Shown here one piece after another: positions 18,686 through 26,961 of a DNA stretch of 64,000 bases. This DNA is from Prevotella sp. (lineage in GTDB: Bacteria > Bacteroidota > Bacteroidia > Bacteroidales > Bacteroidaceae): assembly GCA_045616725.1 (NCBI GenBank), contig JAZLHI010000129.1, forward strand, positions 3,414 to 67,413, written 5' to 3'. The notes under the pieces were generated by a model that saw only the letters and a list, made by a program, of their open reading frames with translations, did no database searches and had not been told where the DNA came from. The position numbers and the translations under genes are program-made. Within the stretch, counting starts at the first letter, position 1. Each line of letters opens with the position of its first letter.

Positions 18686-19369
18686 TTAGAACTTATCGAT
18701 GTATTCAAGCGGACTGTCTCCGAACTCCAGCAGTTCTTTATTTGCAATCTTTTCCCATTTCTCCTTGCCAACCTTTGCCCCATCCTTCTTTGTGACGGTC
18801 TGTTTCTTGTGTGTCAGGAAGTTGTAGCTGACGGTCTGCTCATTGAGTGTGGCTCTGTTGAGCGACTTGCAGTCGTAGCCTATAAGGTAAAGGTTTTCCA
18901 TACCATCGTATTTCTGGTAACGATAGACGAAATTGTGCGAAGGAACATCCCAACCGCCGGCAGAATAGAACATCTTGTAGCCGATGCTTACAACGCCCTT
19001 AGCGTTTATCGATACGGAGATTTCGTCCAGGCTGCTGAACTCACTTTCAGGCTCAATGATGACGATGCTGGAGCCCCACCAGTGATAAACGCCGCCAGAT
19101 CCGAAGTAAACAGCTACGACTGGCTCGTTCATGTTCTTTACGTAGCCGTCTTCGCGGGTGATGATATTCTCTTTGTTGTCAGGCAAAGCCACGAGTACGA
19201 GGTCAGGAATGTAGTCATGGTTGATGTCTTCTGTTGCACTTGCCAAGAGTGTCCATCCCTTAGGCAGCATCTCTTCTGCCGAAATTCCCGATTTCTTGAG
19301 TTCCTTTACCTGTGCGCTAGCCATTGTAGCTACTGTAAACAAGGCAGCGATGATTGCTGTAATTCTCAT
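18686..19369 (-). CDS. Secreted hypothetical protein
   Basis: Signal peptide MRITAIIAALFTVATMASAQ. No recognisable motif. Confidence 0.5.
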   Translation of the reverse strand: MRITAIIAALFTVATMASAQVKELKKSGISAEEMLPKGWTLLASATEDINHDYIPDLVLVALPDNKENIITREDGYVKNMNEPVVAVYFGSGGVYHWWGSSIVIIEPESEFSSLDEISVSINAKGVVSIGYKMFYSAGGWDVPSHNFVYRYQKYDGMENLYLIGYDCKSLNRATLNEQTVSYNFLTHKKQTVTKKDGAKVGKEKWEKIANKELLEFGDSPLEYIDKF

Positions 19370-19427
19370 GCTATATATATTAATGTGTAAATAATGTTTT
19401 TCTAAGATGGAGGAAAAGTATTGAAGG

Positions 19428-21404
19428 CTATTGGGTTATCACCAATCCACCGTTGTCAGGGATGGAAATCTTTAGTAGCTTCTTCTTGTTGAGTTTAACT
19501 TCCTTTACGCTACCAACAAGGTTCTCGTCATCAGAATAGACTTTCACTGTCTGGCCTGCCTCAAAGATGCCATCAAGAGATATTACGGTGTTGAGAGCTC
19601 CATTCGCAGCATTTACGCCGCAAACATACCAATCATTGCCTGTGCGACGAGCGAGGATAGCATACTTTCCTGGTTCTCCCGCAATGTATTTCACGTCATT
19701 CCACTCTGTTGGCACACGCTTCATGAAGTCGATAGCCCATGCAGGAGCGTCGGTAAGGTTGTTTGGAGCGAGTGCGAAATGCTGCACTGGAGACTGAAGG
19801 AGCACTGCTGCAGCGATTGCGAATACATCGGAAGTCTTGCGCTGAGTGCCACGCTTGTTGTCGCGACCATAGAACTTGTTGAGTGCCGAGCCGCCCCAGT
19901 CCATATTGCCGAGAGAGTTGCGGCAGAAAGGATGCATAGTGGCATAAAGAGCCTCGTTGTCGCATTCGTTCTGTCCGAAATGTAGGTTTTCGCTTGCTCG
20001 TACCGCCTCGCAAGCCACAAAGTTAGGATACATGCGCTCCCAACCGCGAGGAAGTGTACAGCCATGGAAGATAACCATTACGCCAGCATCGTTGGCATCG
20101 TTGAGGATGTCTTCGTAAAGCTGCATCTGCTGCTGCTTGTCGCCACCGAAGAAGTCAACCTTGATACCACGGATGCCAATCTTCTTCATCCAGCGGAACT
20201 CGCGAGTACGAGTCACGGCGCGGTGCATGATGCCGAAAGGACCTTGTGGTGCGTGGTTCCAATAGCCGTTTGAATTATACCAAAGGAAGATGCCAACGCC
20301 TTTTGATGCGGCGTACTTGGCAAGGTCTTCCATCTTCTCATGACCGATATTGCTGTCCCAGAAAGCGTCGATGAGCACAGTCTTGTAGCCCATTTCTGCT
20401 GCGAAATCTATGTAAGTCTTCTGGTCATCGTAGTTGCAACTGCCGTCCATCCACTGAATCCAGCTCCATGTGCCTTTGCCGTAAGTGTAGTCCTTGCTTG
20501 CTTCATAGACTGGCTCAACAAGGTCGTTGCTGACGGTTGTTTCAACAAGTGCCTGTGGAGTAGTGCCGAGAGTGATGGTGCGCCAAGGAGTAGCGCAAGG
20601 AAGAGAGAGGCCTGGCTGTGAAGTGCCGTTGCCATTAGCCTCCTTTGGGTTAGGGAAAGCGATGGCATACTTGTTTGCGCCAAGGTTCTGGAGATGGCAT
20701 CCGCAGTAGTTTCCGTTGGTTCCTGTCTCAGAAATGAGCATCCAACCCTTGTCTGCATTCCTGAAAAGGGCAGGGAAGACGTAGCCTTCGCCCCAGCCGT
20801 TCTTTCCGAGAGGAGCGTCTATCTCAGGGTGAGTCTCGTAACTAGGGGCAGTGGCTGCGAAACCTGTCATAGGCTGCATCTGAGGAGCAAGGTAGGAAGT
20901 GGCGGTTTCTGCAACGGTGAAGCCTGTGATTTCCTCCTTGACAACGGCAGACATACGGTCTTTGCCAAGCTGATGGATGTAATAACGGAAAGCAACGTCG
21001 GTGTCTGACACACGGAATTCTATGTCCATAGCCTTCTTTCCTTCGCGAGTGAAGGAGAGTGTGGCTGCGTTTGCTACATAATGAACGCTGTTCTTCTTCA
21101 AGGAACGTACGCTATATGTCTCGTCAATGGCCTTTGTCTCCGTGTTGGAGAGCGTAAGTCCGTCGGCGAGGTTTATCTCACGTGGCTTAGAAGCATCGCG
21201 CTCGCTGTAGTATTGGAGCTTGAGACCGAGTGGCGAAGGAACTATGAACTCGTTGCCTAAAAGTGATACTGAGTAGGTAATCTTGCCGCTTTCGTCAGAG
21301 ATCTTTACCTTAATATTGCCGTTAGGAGAAGTGATGTCAACGGTGTTTGCCGACATTGTGAGAACGGAGAAGAGGAGGGAGAATAGAATTAGGATTTTTT
21401 TCAT
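19428..21404 (-). CDS. Glycoside hydrolase, GH97-like
   Basis: Signal peptide and a GH97-type N-terminus (SPNGNIKVKISDESGKITYSVSLLGNEFIVPSPLGL). TIM-barrel block GIKVDFFGGDKQ...IFHGCTLPRGWERMYPN. Confidence 0.65.
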   Translation of the reverse strand: MKKILILFSLLFSVLTMSANTVDITSPNGNIKVKISDESGKITYSVSLLGNEFIVPSPLGLKLQYYSERDASKPREINLADGLTLSNTETKAIDETYSVRSLKKNSVHYVANAATLSFTREGKKAMDIEFRVSDTDVAFRYYIHQLGKDRMSAVVKEEITGFTVAETATSYLAPQMQPMTGFAATAPSYETHPEIDAPLGKNGWGEGYVFPALFRNADKGWMLISETGTNGNYCGCHLQNLGANKYAIAFPNPKEANGNGTSQPGLSLPCATPWRTITLGTTPQALVETTVSNDLVEPVYEASKDYTYGKGTWSWIQWMDGSCNYDDQKTYIDFAAEMGYKTVLIDAFWDSNIGHEKMEDLAKYAASKGVGIFLWYNSNGYWNHAPQGPFGIMHRAVTRTREFRWMKKIGIRGIKVDFFGGDKQQQMQLYEDILNDANDAGVMVIFHGCTLPRGWERMYPNFVACEAVRASENLHFGQNECDNEALYATMHPFCRNSLGNMDWGGSALNKFYGRDNKRGTQRKTSDVFAIAAAVLLQSPVQHFALAPNNLTDAPAWAIDFMKRVPTEWNDVKYIAGEPGKYAILARRTGNDWYVCGVNAANGALNTVISLDGIFEAGQTVKVYSDDENLVGSVKEVKLNKKKLLKISIPDNGGLVITQ

Positions 21405-21420
21405 AAAAGAGAAAAGTTAT

Positions 21421-21474
21421 AGGGCGAAGATTTCTGAGCCGTTTGTGCGGTTGCGGCTCGGAAATCCTCGCCCT
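21421..21474 (-). terminator. Long REP-like hairpin/terminator (AGGGCGARGATTTC-GAGCCG family)
   Basis: agggcgaagatttctgagccg pairs with cggctcggaaatcctcgccct. A T-rich run follows on the minus strand. Confidence 0.65.
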
Positions 21475-21489
21475 ACAATGGTTAGGAAG

Positions 21490-23013
21490 TTATTTTCGAT
21501 ATGTTACTTGTATGGAATCTTGCTTTGTTTTAGCATAGATGTCTCTCATAGAAGTCGGCACAGCAGTCTTCATGAACTCAGGAATGTTATAGCTAAGGTC
21601 ACGTCCCGAGTAGAACTTTCGTGGATTTTCTTGTGGCAGCATAAATGCTTTGTGAGCTTTACCCTGCTTATCTATATATGTGAAATAAGGACGGGTGTAG
21701 AGTCCATCGTCGCGACGAGAACTGAACACAAGCCAACGACCGGTGCTACTCCAAGTATGATAGCTGTCTGTTTCGTCGGAATTTGCTGCTGTCAGAGGCA
21801 TAAGATCATAATGAGTCTGCGCTGCATCTGCCTCTTCCTTGTTACGAAGATCTATCATATAGAGGTCCGCGTCCTTATGCCAGATGCTGAAGTTTCCGAA
21901 TTTGTGGATTGTACAAACGAGGAAGTTGCCATCAGGAGAGATGCGTGGGAAGGAAACGCTCTTGCCAGCAATGTCTCGTGTAGAGCTGATGATTGTGTCA
22001 ACCTCTGTGCCGAACTGCTGCTTCTCTGCATCGAAGGCTATGCGGCAGAGGGAGTATCTTGCTTCTGCGAAGTTGAGGCCTATGTTCTTTACAGGCGGAG
22101 TGGAGCAGAAATAGAGCCACTTGCCGTCAGGAGAGAATGTAGGATATGTCTCCCATCTGTCTGGATCCTTCAAGAGCGGGCTAGAGAATGCCTCATGTTT
22201 CTCAATGTCATATACAATGATATCTGACTCTGCATCAAACACTTCTATGCGATTCTTGTCGGACGTATGGAAAGTCTGAGCAGTCTTGTTGTTGGAGAAT
22301 GCTATGAGTTTTCCGTTAGGATGCCATCCAGGATAAACGAATCCTCCTATGGTAGAGTCTGTCTTTGCTTCAAGACGCTCTACGATACCGTCGCGAAGAA
22401 AGTATGTACCACCATTGTACGTACGGATATGGAAAACGGTGCGGTCAGACTGTTGCTTGTATGGCGTATGGCAATTCATACAAGCTCCATTGTTGTGGGA
22501 GTTCTCATAGACAACGCTTTCTTCTGATGTGGAAAGCTGATGCTGATAGATGCCCATTCGATACCAGCCCTCATATCCAGGCGGAATAAGGCGGTAGGTT
22601 ATGTAGTCGTCAATGCTGTCAGGTACTACGGTCATGTTGAATGGCTTGCCACCCACCCATTCTCCATTGATTTCACGGGCAATAGTAAATGTGAGCTTGC
22701 CGGAAGCTGCGGCAATGAGATCTTTCCAATCACTTTTGTTGATGGAGAAGTCCTTTCCGTCAGCATTAATCCACAGATGTGAGCTTCCTGCTTTTATAAG
22801 AAGGGCATAGTTGGTCGCCGATGAATCTTGCACGGAGAAGTTCATAGGTGCTATGTTACACGGAATGGTAACATCCTTATAGTCAGGGTAAATCTGTGCT
22901 TTGTAGTTGTCGGAGCGTGATATTGTACCCTCCGAAGAGCATGCTGCACAGATTAGGATGCACAGGACTAGTATGCTGTTAATACTGAATAAATGACATC
23001 TGCTGGTTCTCAT
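21490..23013 (-). CDS. PD40/TolB-like beta-propeller repeat protein with one CxxCH motif
   Basis: PTFSPDGKWLYF, PRISPDGNFLV and WSSTGRWLVFSSRRDDG repeats. CMNCH heme-type motif. Signal/lipoprotein-like N-terminus. Confidence 0.6.
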   Translation of the reverse strand: MRTSRCHLFSINSILVLCILICAACSSEGTISRSDNYKAQIYPDYKDVTIPCNIAPMNFSVQDSSATNYALLIKAGSSHLWINADGKDFSINKSDWKDLIAAASGKLTFTIAREINGEWVGGKPFNMTVVPDSIDDYITYRLIPPGYEGWYRMGIYQHQLSTSEESVVYENSHNNGACMNCHTPYKQQSDRTVFHIRTYNGGTYFLRDGIVERLEAKTDSTIGGFVYPGWHPNGKLIAFSNNKTAQTFHTSDKNRIEVFDAESDIIVYDIEKHEAFSSPLLKDPDRWETYPTFSPDGKWLYFCSTPPVKNIGLNFAEARYSLCRIAFDAEKQQFGTEVDTIISSTRDIAGKSVSFPRISPDGNFLVCTIHKFGNFSIWHKDADLYMIDLRNKEEADAAQTHYDLMPLTAANSDETDSYHTWSSTGRWLVFSSRRDDGLYTRPYFTYIDKQGKAHKAFMLPQENPRKFYSGRDLSYNIPEFMKTAVPTSMRDIYAKTKQDSIQVTYRK

Positions 23014-24547
23014 GGTTTGTATTTTTATTGTAATCGCCGAGGCGAAGGAATGCTTTTTTGTAGTTAGTGGCAGGAAGTTCCGGTGCTACACATGCAATCT
23101 GGTTGATGATGTATGGCAGAGTAGTCCATATTTGCGGAACGGATTCGATGGCGGTAGCCTTGCGACGAGGACCGAGTTCAGGATCTTTCTCCACAGCCTT
23201 ATCGTTGTAGAGGAAATGACGGTATTGCTGTGCCCAATCGCTATAGAAGAGGGTGTGGTCGAGATAGTTGAGATATTTCTCTGCTACAGCATAGTTGCCT
23301 TGTATTATGTTTGTAAGAGCAAGTATCTTGACAGCCTCCGGCACCATCATCCCTTCTGTTGGCTCGTTGTATTCGAATGCTTCACGCTGTGCACCGTTGA
23401 CATATCCAAGATAGTAATAGAGGGACATGAGATGGCGACGTACAAGGCGAATCTTGCTTGGTGCCATGATGAGCTGATCTCCTGTTCGCAATATTCCGCC
23501 GACCTCGTTCTCGAGTTCATTGGTTTCGGATAGTATCTTGAAGTAAATGTTTGCTGCGTAGGTGTTTGTGAGGTACTCCATACAGAATTCCGATGCAGGC
23601 TCATAGTCTTTGGTGTCAATCCAATGCATGAGTGCAAGGCGCTGATTGGTCTCCTCATCGTGATGAGTTTTGTATGAGCTATATGTTGCGCCAATTACTA
23701 TTACCGCAGCAATGAATGTAGTAGCGATATGTTTGATTGCCTTTTCTGAGAAGTACTTGTTGAGAAGGAAAGGAACCACCATCAAAGCCACGTATGTTAC
23801 CCATACCCAAGGCATTGTCGTTGTGACTCTCGTGCGGTAAGAGTAGAAGTCAGGAGAGAAAAGCTCGTCAGTGGTTACCGCAAGCATGGTGTAGCGCGCC
23901 AAGCCAACCATAAGAATGGCAGAGAAAACGGCTACACCGGCTGTAAGGTAGTCTTTCTTGTATAATAAGGAATAGAGTATAATGCTAGCTATCATCGGCC
24001 AAACCGCAGTCTGTGCTGCAAAGCCCACGAAGAGGACGATCAGTAAGATTCCTATGGATTTCAGGATTCCAAGGATTGGTGAGGTGCTTTTGATGTTGGT
24101 AAGCATCGCAGCAAGTAGAAGACCGATAGCAGATAGGAGAATTGCTACATGGCCAGTGATGAAGAATATCTTACCTTCAGTATATACAAAAAGAAGGGCG
24201 GCAGGAAAACAGCAGAGTATCTTCTCTGCCAATGAAGAACTTCGTCCTGCAGCATTTATGTAAACCTTATGAAGACATAGGGATATGGATGTCAGAAGCA
24301 ATGCCATAATGGCTGCTGCTGCCACTTTGAAAAGGAAAAACTGTTGTAGGAACAATGCTATGAAATCGGCTATGCCGCCCGCTCTCATCATTTGTTCTGC
24401 TATTCTGTCCCACTCATAGACAAGTACTCTTGACTGCTCGATGTCGAAAAGAATGTATTGCTGACATGTAAGAACAGCAATAAAGAATACCATTGTGGCA
24501 AATATCCATTGCCATCTTGGAATGTAGTATTTAGTTTTTGTTTCCAA
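22979..24547 (-). CDS. Polytopic membrane protein (DUF6057-like)
   Basis: About 9 predicted TM segments followed by a soluble TPR-like C-terminal third. The ORF-track start is a TTG, so the start is uncertain. Overlaps the downstream gene by 35 nt. Confidence 0.5.
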   Translation of the reverse strand: METKTKYYIPRWQWIFATMVFFIAVLTCQQYILFDIEQSRVLVYEWDRIAEQMMRAGGIADFIALFLQQFFLFKVAAAAIMALLLTSISLCLHKVYINAAGRSSSLAEKILCCFPAALLFVYTEGKIFFITGHVAILLSAIGLLLAAMLTNIKSTSPILGILKSIGILLIVLFVGFAAQTAVWPMIASIILYSLLYKKDYLTAGVAVFSAILMVGLARYTMLAVTTDELFSPDFYSYRTRVTTTMPWVWVTYVALMVVPFLLNKYFSEKAIKHIATTFIAAVIVIGATYSSYKTHHDEETNQRLALMHWIDTKDYEPASEFCMEYLTNTYAANIYFKILSETNELENEVGGILRTGDQLIMAPSKIRLVRRHLMSLYYYLGYVNGAQREAFEYNEPTEGMMVPEAVKILALTNIIQGNYAVAEKYLNYLDHTLFYSDWAQQYRHFLYNDKAVEKDPELGPRRKATAIESVPQIWTTLPYIINQIACVAPELPATNYKKAFLRLGDYNKNTNHENQQMSFIQY

Positions 24548-24952
24548 CTTAAAAGGGTGCGATTTCGCGTTATAGGTTATTCATTGTAAATAACGTACTC
24601 TTTCTGATTTTATTGTATCGTAGGTTGGTTAATATTACTGTTCTTTCATTATGTATGAGATAAAAGGTGTAAATAGGGGACAATTAAAGTTAATAGTACA
24701 TTGTTTATATATGTTGATAAGGGAAATAGTACCGAGTGAATGTCCTTTGGTTTCAACCTTGGCGGGATTCCTCCTAAAGCCAAAAGGCTGATGAAGGATC
24801 CCTTTGCCTCGGATGAGTATCTCTCAGATTCTTTTTTCGTCCACTGACTGCTCTCAAAAAGAGAGAGCTGTCAGTGCGAATTTTGTTTAGCGCTTCGCAG
24901 CGGTAACAAAGAAAACAATTAAGGATGAATATAACTTTTTCATAACTAACCT

Positions 24953-26674
24953 CTACTTGAAGACTCCCATTCCGACTAGCGCACCAGTGAAGCCGCCTGC
25001 GAAGTTTGTCGAGAGAACCTCAGCGTCAAGCTTTGCTCCGATGTTCTTCTCTTCGCCGTTGAGGTTGTAAGCAAACTGGTAGTTGAGGCCATCGCTTGTA
25101 ACCTTCAGGGTAATAGGAGTTTTGAGTTTGCCAAGGCTTTCCTTTGCCACAACTTCTGTCTTGAAGTCGCCCTGACGCTGTGGTCTTACAGTCTTTTCGA
25201 GGACAAGAACTTGTTCTTTACCTTCTGTCTGGACTGTGAGCACGTAGTTGCAAGTTTCATTTTGATAGCAGAGGAGACCTGCCTTCTGTGCAGTACGTGT
25301 ATTGTAGTTAAGTGTTGTCTGAGCCGTGAACTTCTGATGCTGCTGTCGGTGGAAGAGAGCCGAGATAGGCTTAACTTCTGTGTAGTTAGCATCAAGAGCA
25401 GTCATCTCAAGACCACCTTTCTTACCAATCTTTACGAAGTTTTCCTTTGGTCCGCGCATTGCAATCCATCGGTAATCAATCTTTTCAGATGTGAAGTCTT
25501 CGCTGTAAGTGAAGTTTCCGTTTGGCATGAAACCGTCTTTTCCGGTCTTGTTTTCAACGCCCTTTGGAAGCTTCTGCTTGATGCCCATAGGAACGAGACC
25601 ATTTTCAAATACTGGCCATGTGCCGCTCCAATCTACAGGGAGAAGGAATGTTTCACGACCAGTGTTAACATTACCCTTTGAGTTAGGACGAATGCCTAGG
25701 AATACACCGTAGTATTTACCGTCCTTACCCTCTACGAGGTCTGCATGTCCTGCCCAGTCAACGAGTTTGTCTGCGTTGTTGAGGAAATGGCGCTGAGTGA
25801 GGATTGGGTTGTTGTTCCAAGGCTCGTAAGGACCATAGATGTTGTTTGACTTGAAGATAACCTCTGAGTGCCAGTCGCCTGTGCCACCTTCAGCACACAT
25901 AAGATAGTAAACACCATTCTTCTTATAAATGTGTGGACCTTCAATCCAAACAGGTTTCTTTTCAATGTCAGTACCGCCGTTTACGATTACGGAATCAGTA
26001 CCTGGGATGATGCAATCCTTTTCAAGGTCGTATTCCCAAATCTTTATGCAGCGGTGGTTAGGACCATAGAGGTTTACGCGAGGTTCATCGTTGTGAACCA
26101 TGTAAGCCTTGCCATTGTCATCAAAGAACATAGAAGGGTCGATGCCGCCGAACTTTAGGTCGATAGGATCGCTCCATCCTTGGCGTGGGTCCTTGGTCTT
26201 TACCACGAGGTTGCGGCCGATAGGTTTGCAGAACTCAGTGGTGACCATGTAGAATGTGTCGTTGTACTTGTTATAATGTATGGCAGGTGCATAGATTCCT
26301 GCAGAGATTCCACAGTCGTAAGGATCAAGCTGCGACTGTCTGTCAAGCACGTGACCTATCTGCTCCCAGTTCACAAGGTCTGTAGAGTGGAAGATTGGCA
26401 CACCAGGGAACATTGCAAATGAAGAGTTTACGAGATAGTAGTCATCACCCTTACGGCAGATGGCTGGGTCCGGATAGCATCCCTGTAGGATTGGAGAGTA
26501 GAACTCGTTGTCCTTGAGAATGTTCTTAGCATAGACATCATCAGCACCTGTGTATGTGAAGTTCGTGAATGTAGCTGCTGGTTTTGAAGCTTGCGCAGAA
26601 CATTCCGCTACTCCTGTTACTGTAAGGAGAAGTGAGATTGCGAGTGATTTGCCTATGCTTGAGAAATTCTTCAT
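24953..26674 (-). CDS. GH43 glycoside hydrolase (beta-xylosidase/alpha-L-arabinofuranosidase type) with a C-terminal beta-sandwich
   Basis: YPDPAICRKGDDYYLVNSSFAMFPGVPIFHSTDLVNWEQIGHVL is the classic GH43 N-terminal block. Signal peptide present. Confidence 0.85.
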   Translation of the reverse strand: MKNFSSIGKSLAISLLLTVTGVAECSAQASKPAATFTNFTYTGADDVYAKNILKDNEFYSPILQGCYPDPAICRKGDDYYLVNSSFAMFPGVPIFHSTDLVNWEQIGHVLDRQSQLDPYDCGISAGIYAPAIHYNKYNDTFYMVTTEFCKPIGRNLVVKTKDPRQGWSDPIDLKFGGIDPSMFFDDNGKAYMVHNDEPRVNLYGPNHRCIKIWEYDLEKDCIIPGTDSVIVNGGTDIEKKPVWIEGPHIYKKNGVYYLMCAEGGTGDWHSEVIFKSNNIYGPYEPWNNNPILTQRHFLNNADKLVDWAGHADLVEGKDGKYYGVFLGIRPNSKGNVNTGRETFLLPVDWSGTWPVFENGLVPMGIKQKLPKGVENKTGKDGFMPNGNFTYSEDFTSEKIDYRWIAMRGPKENFVKIGKKGGLEMTALDANYTEVKPISALFHRQQHQKFTAQTTLNYNTRTAQKAGLLCYQNETCNYVLTVQTEGKEQVLVLEKTVRPQRQGDFKTEVVAKESLGKLKTPITLKVTSDGLNYQFAYNLNGEEKNIGAKLDAEVLSTNFAGGFTGALVGMGVFK

Positions 26675-26726
26675 TTGACGATTTGCGATTTAATGGTTTT
26701 GGATCGTATTTCGTAATTTTCCGCTG

Positions 26727-26734
26727 CAAAGGTA
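26727..26734 (-). promoter_or_regulatory. -7 box TACCTTTG (GH43 gene)
   Basis: Reverse complement of caaaggta, within gctgcaaaggta. Confidence 0.55.
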
Positions 26735-26949
26735 GTGCTATTATAATAATATAACCAAATTTTTCTGTTACCTAAACCTTTGCGTATGATACATTAGTTG
26801 ATATATTTAGTACAAAAATATCTTAAAAAATGTCACATTCTAATATCTAAATAATTGAAAATCAAGCAAAAAGTGCTTTTTGATACTTCGTTTTTCCGTT
26901 TTCTTGCCAATTTTTTTTGTTTTTTGTTGCATGTGTCATATAAAATAGT

Positions 26950-26957
26950 TAATTTTG
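26950..26957 (+). promoter_or_regulatory. -7 box TAATTTTG, 4 nt upstream of the HTCS ATG
   Basis: taattttgcggcATG. Confidence 0.5.
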
Positions 26958-26961
26958 CGGC

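Noticed and set aside
21283-22227. 314-aa plus-strand ORF
   Set aside because: It is antisense to the GH97 5' end and the PD40-repeat gene. It crosses an intergenic terminator hairpin and has no motifs, so it is a shadow ORF.
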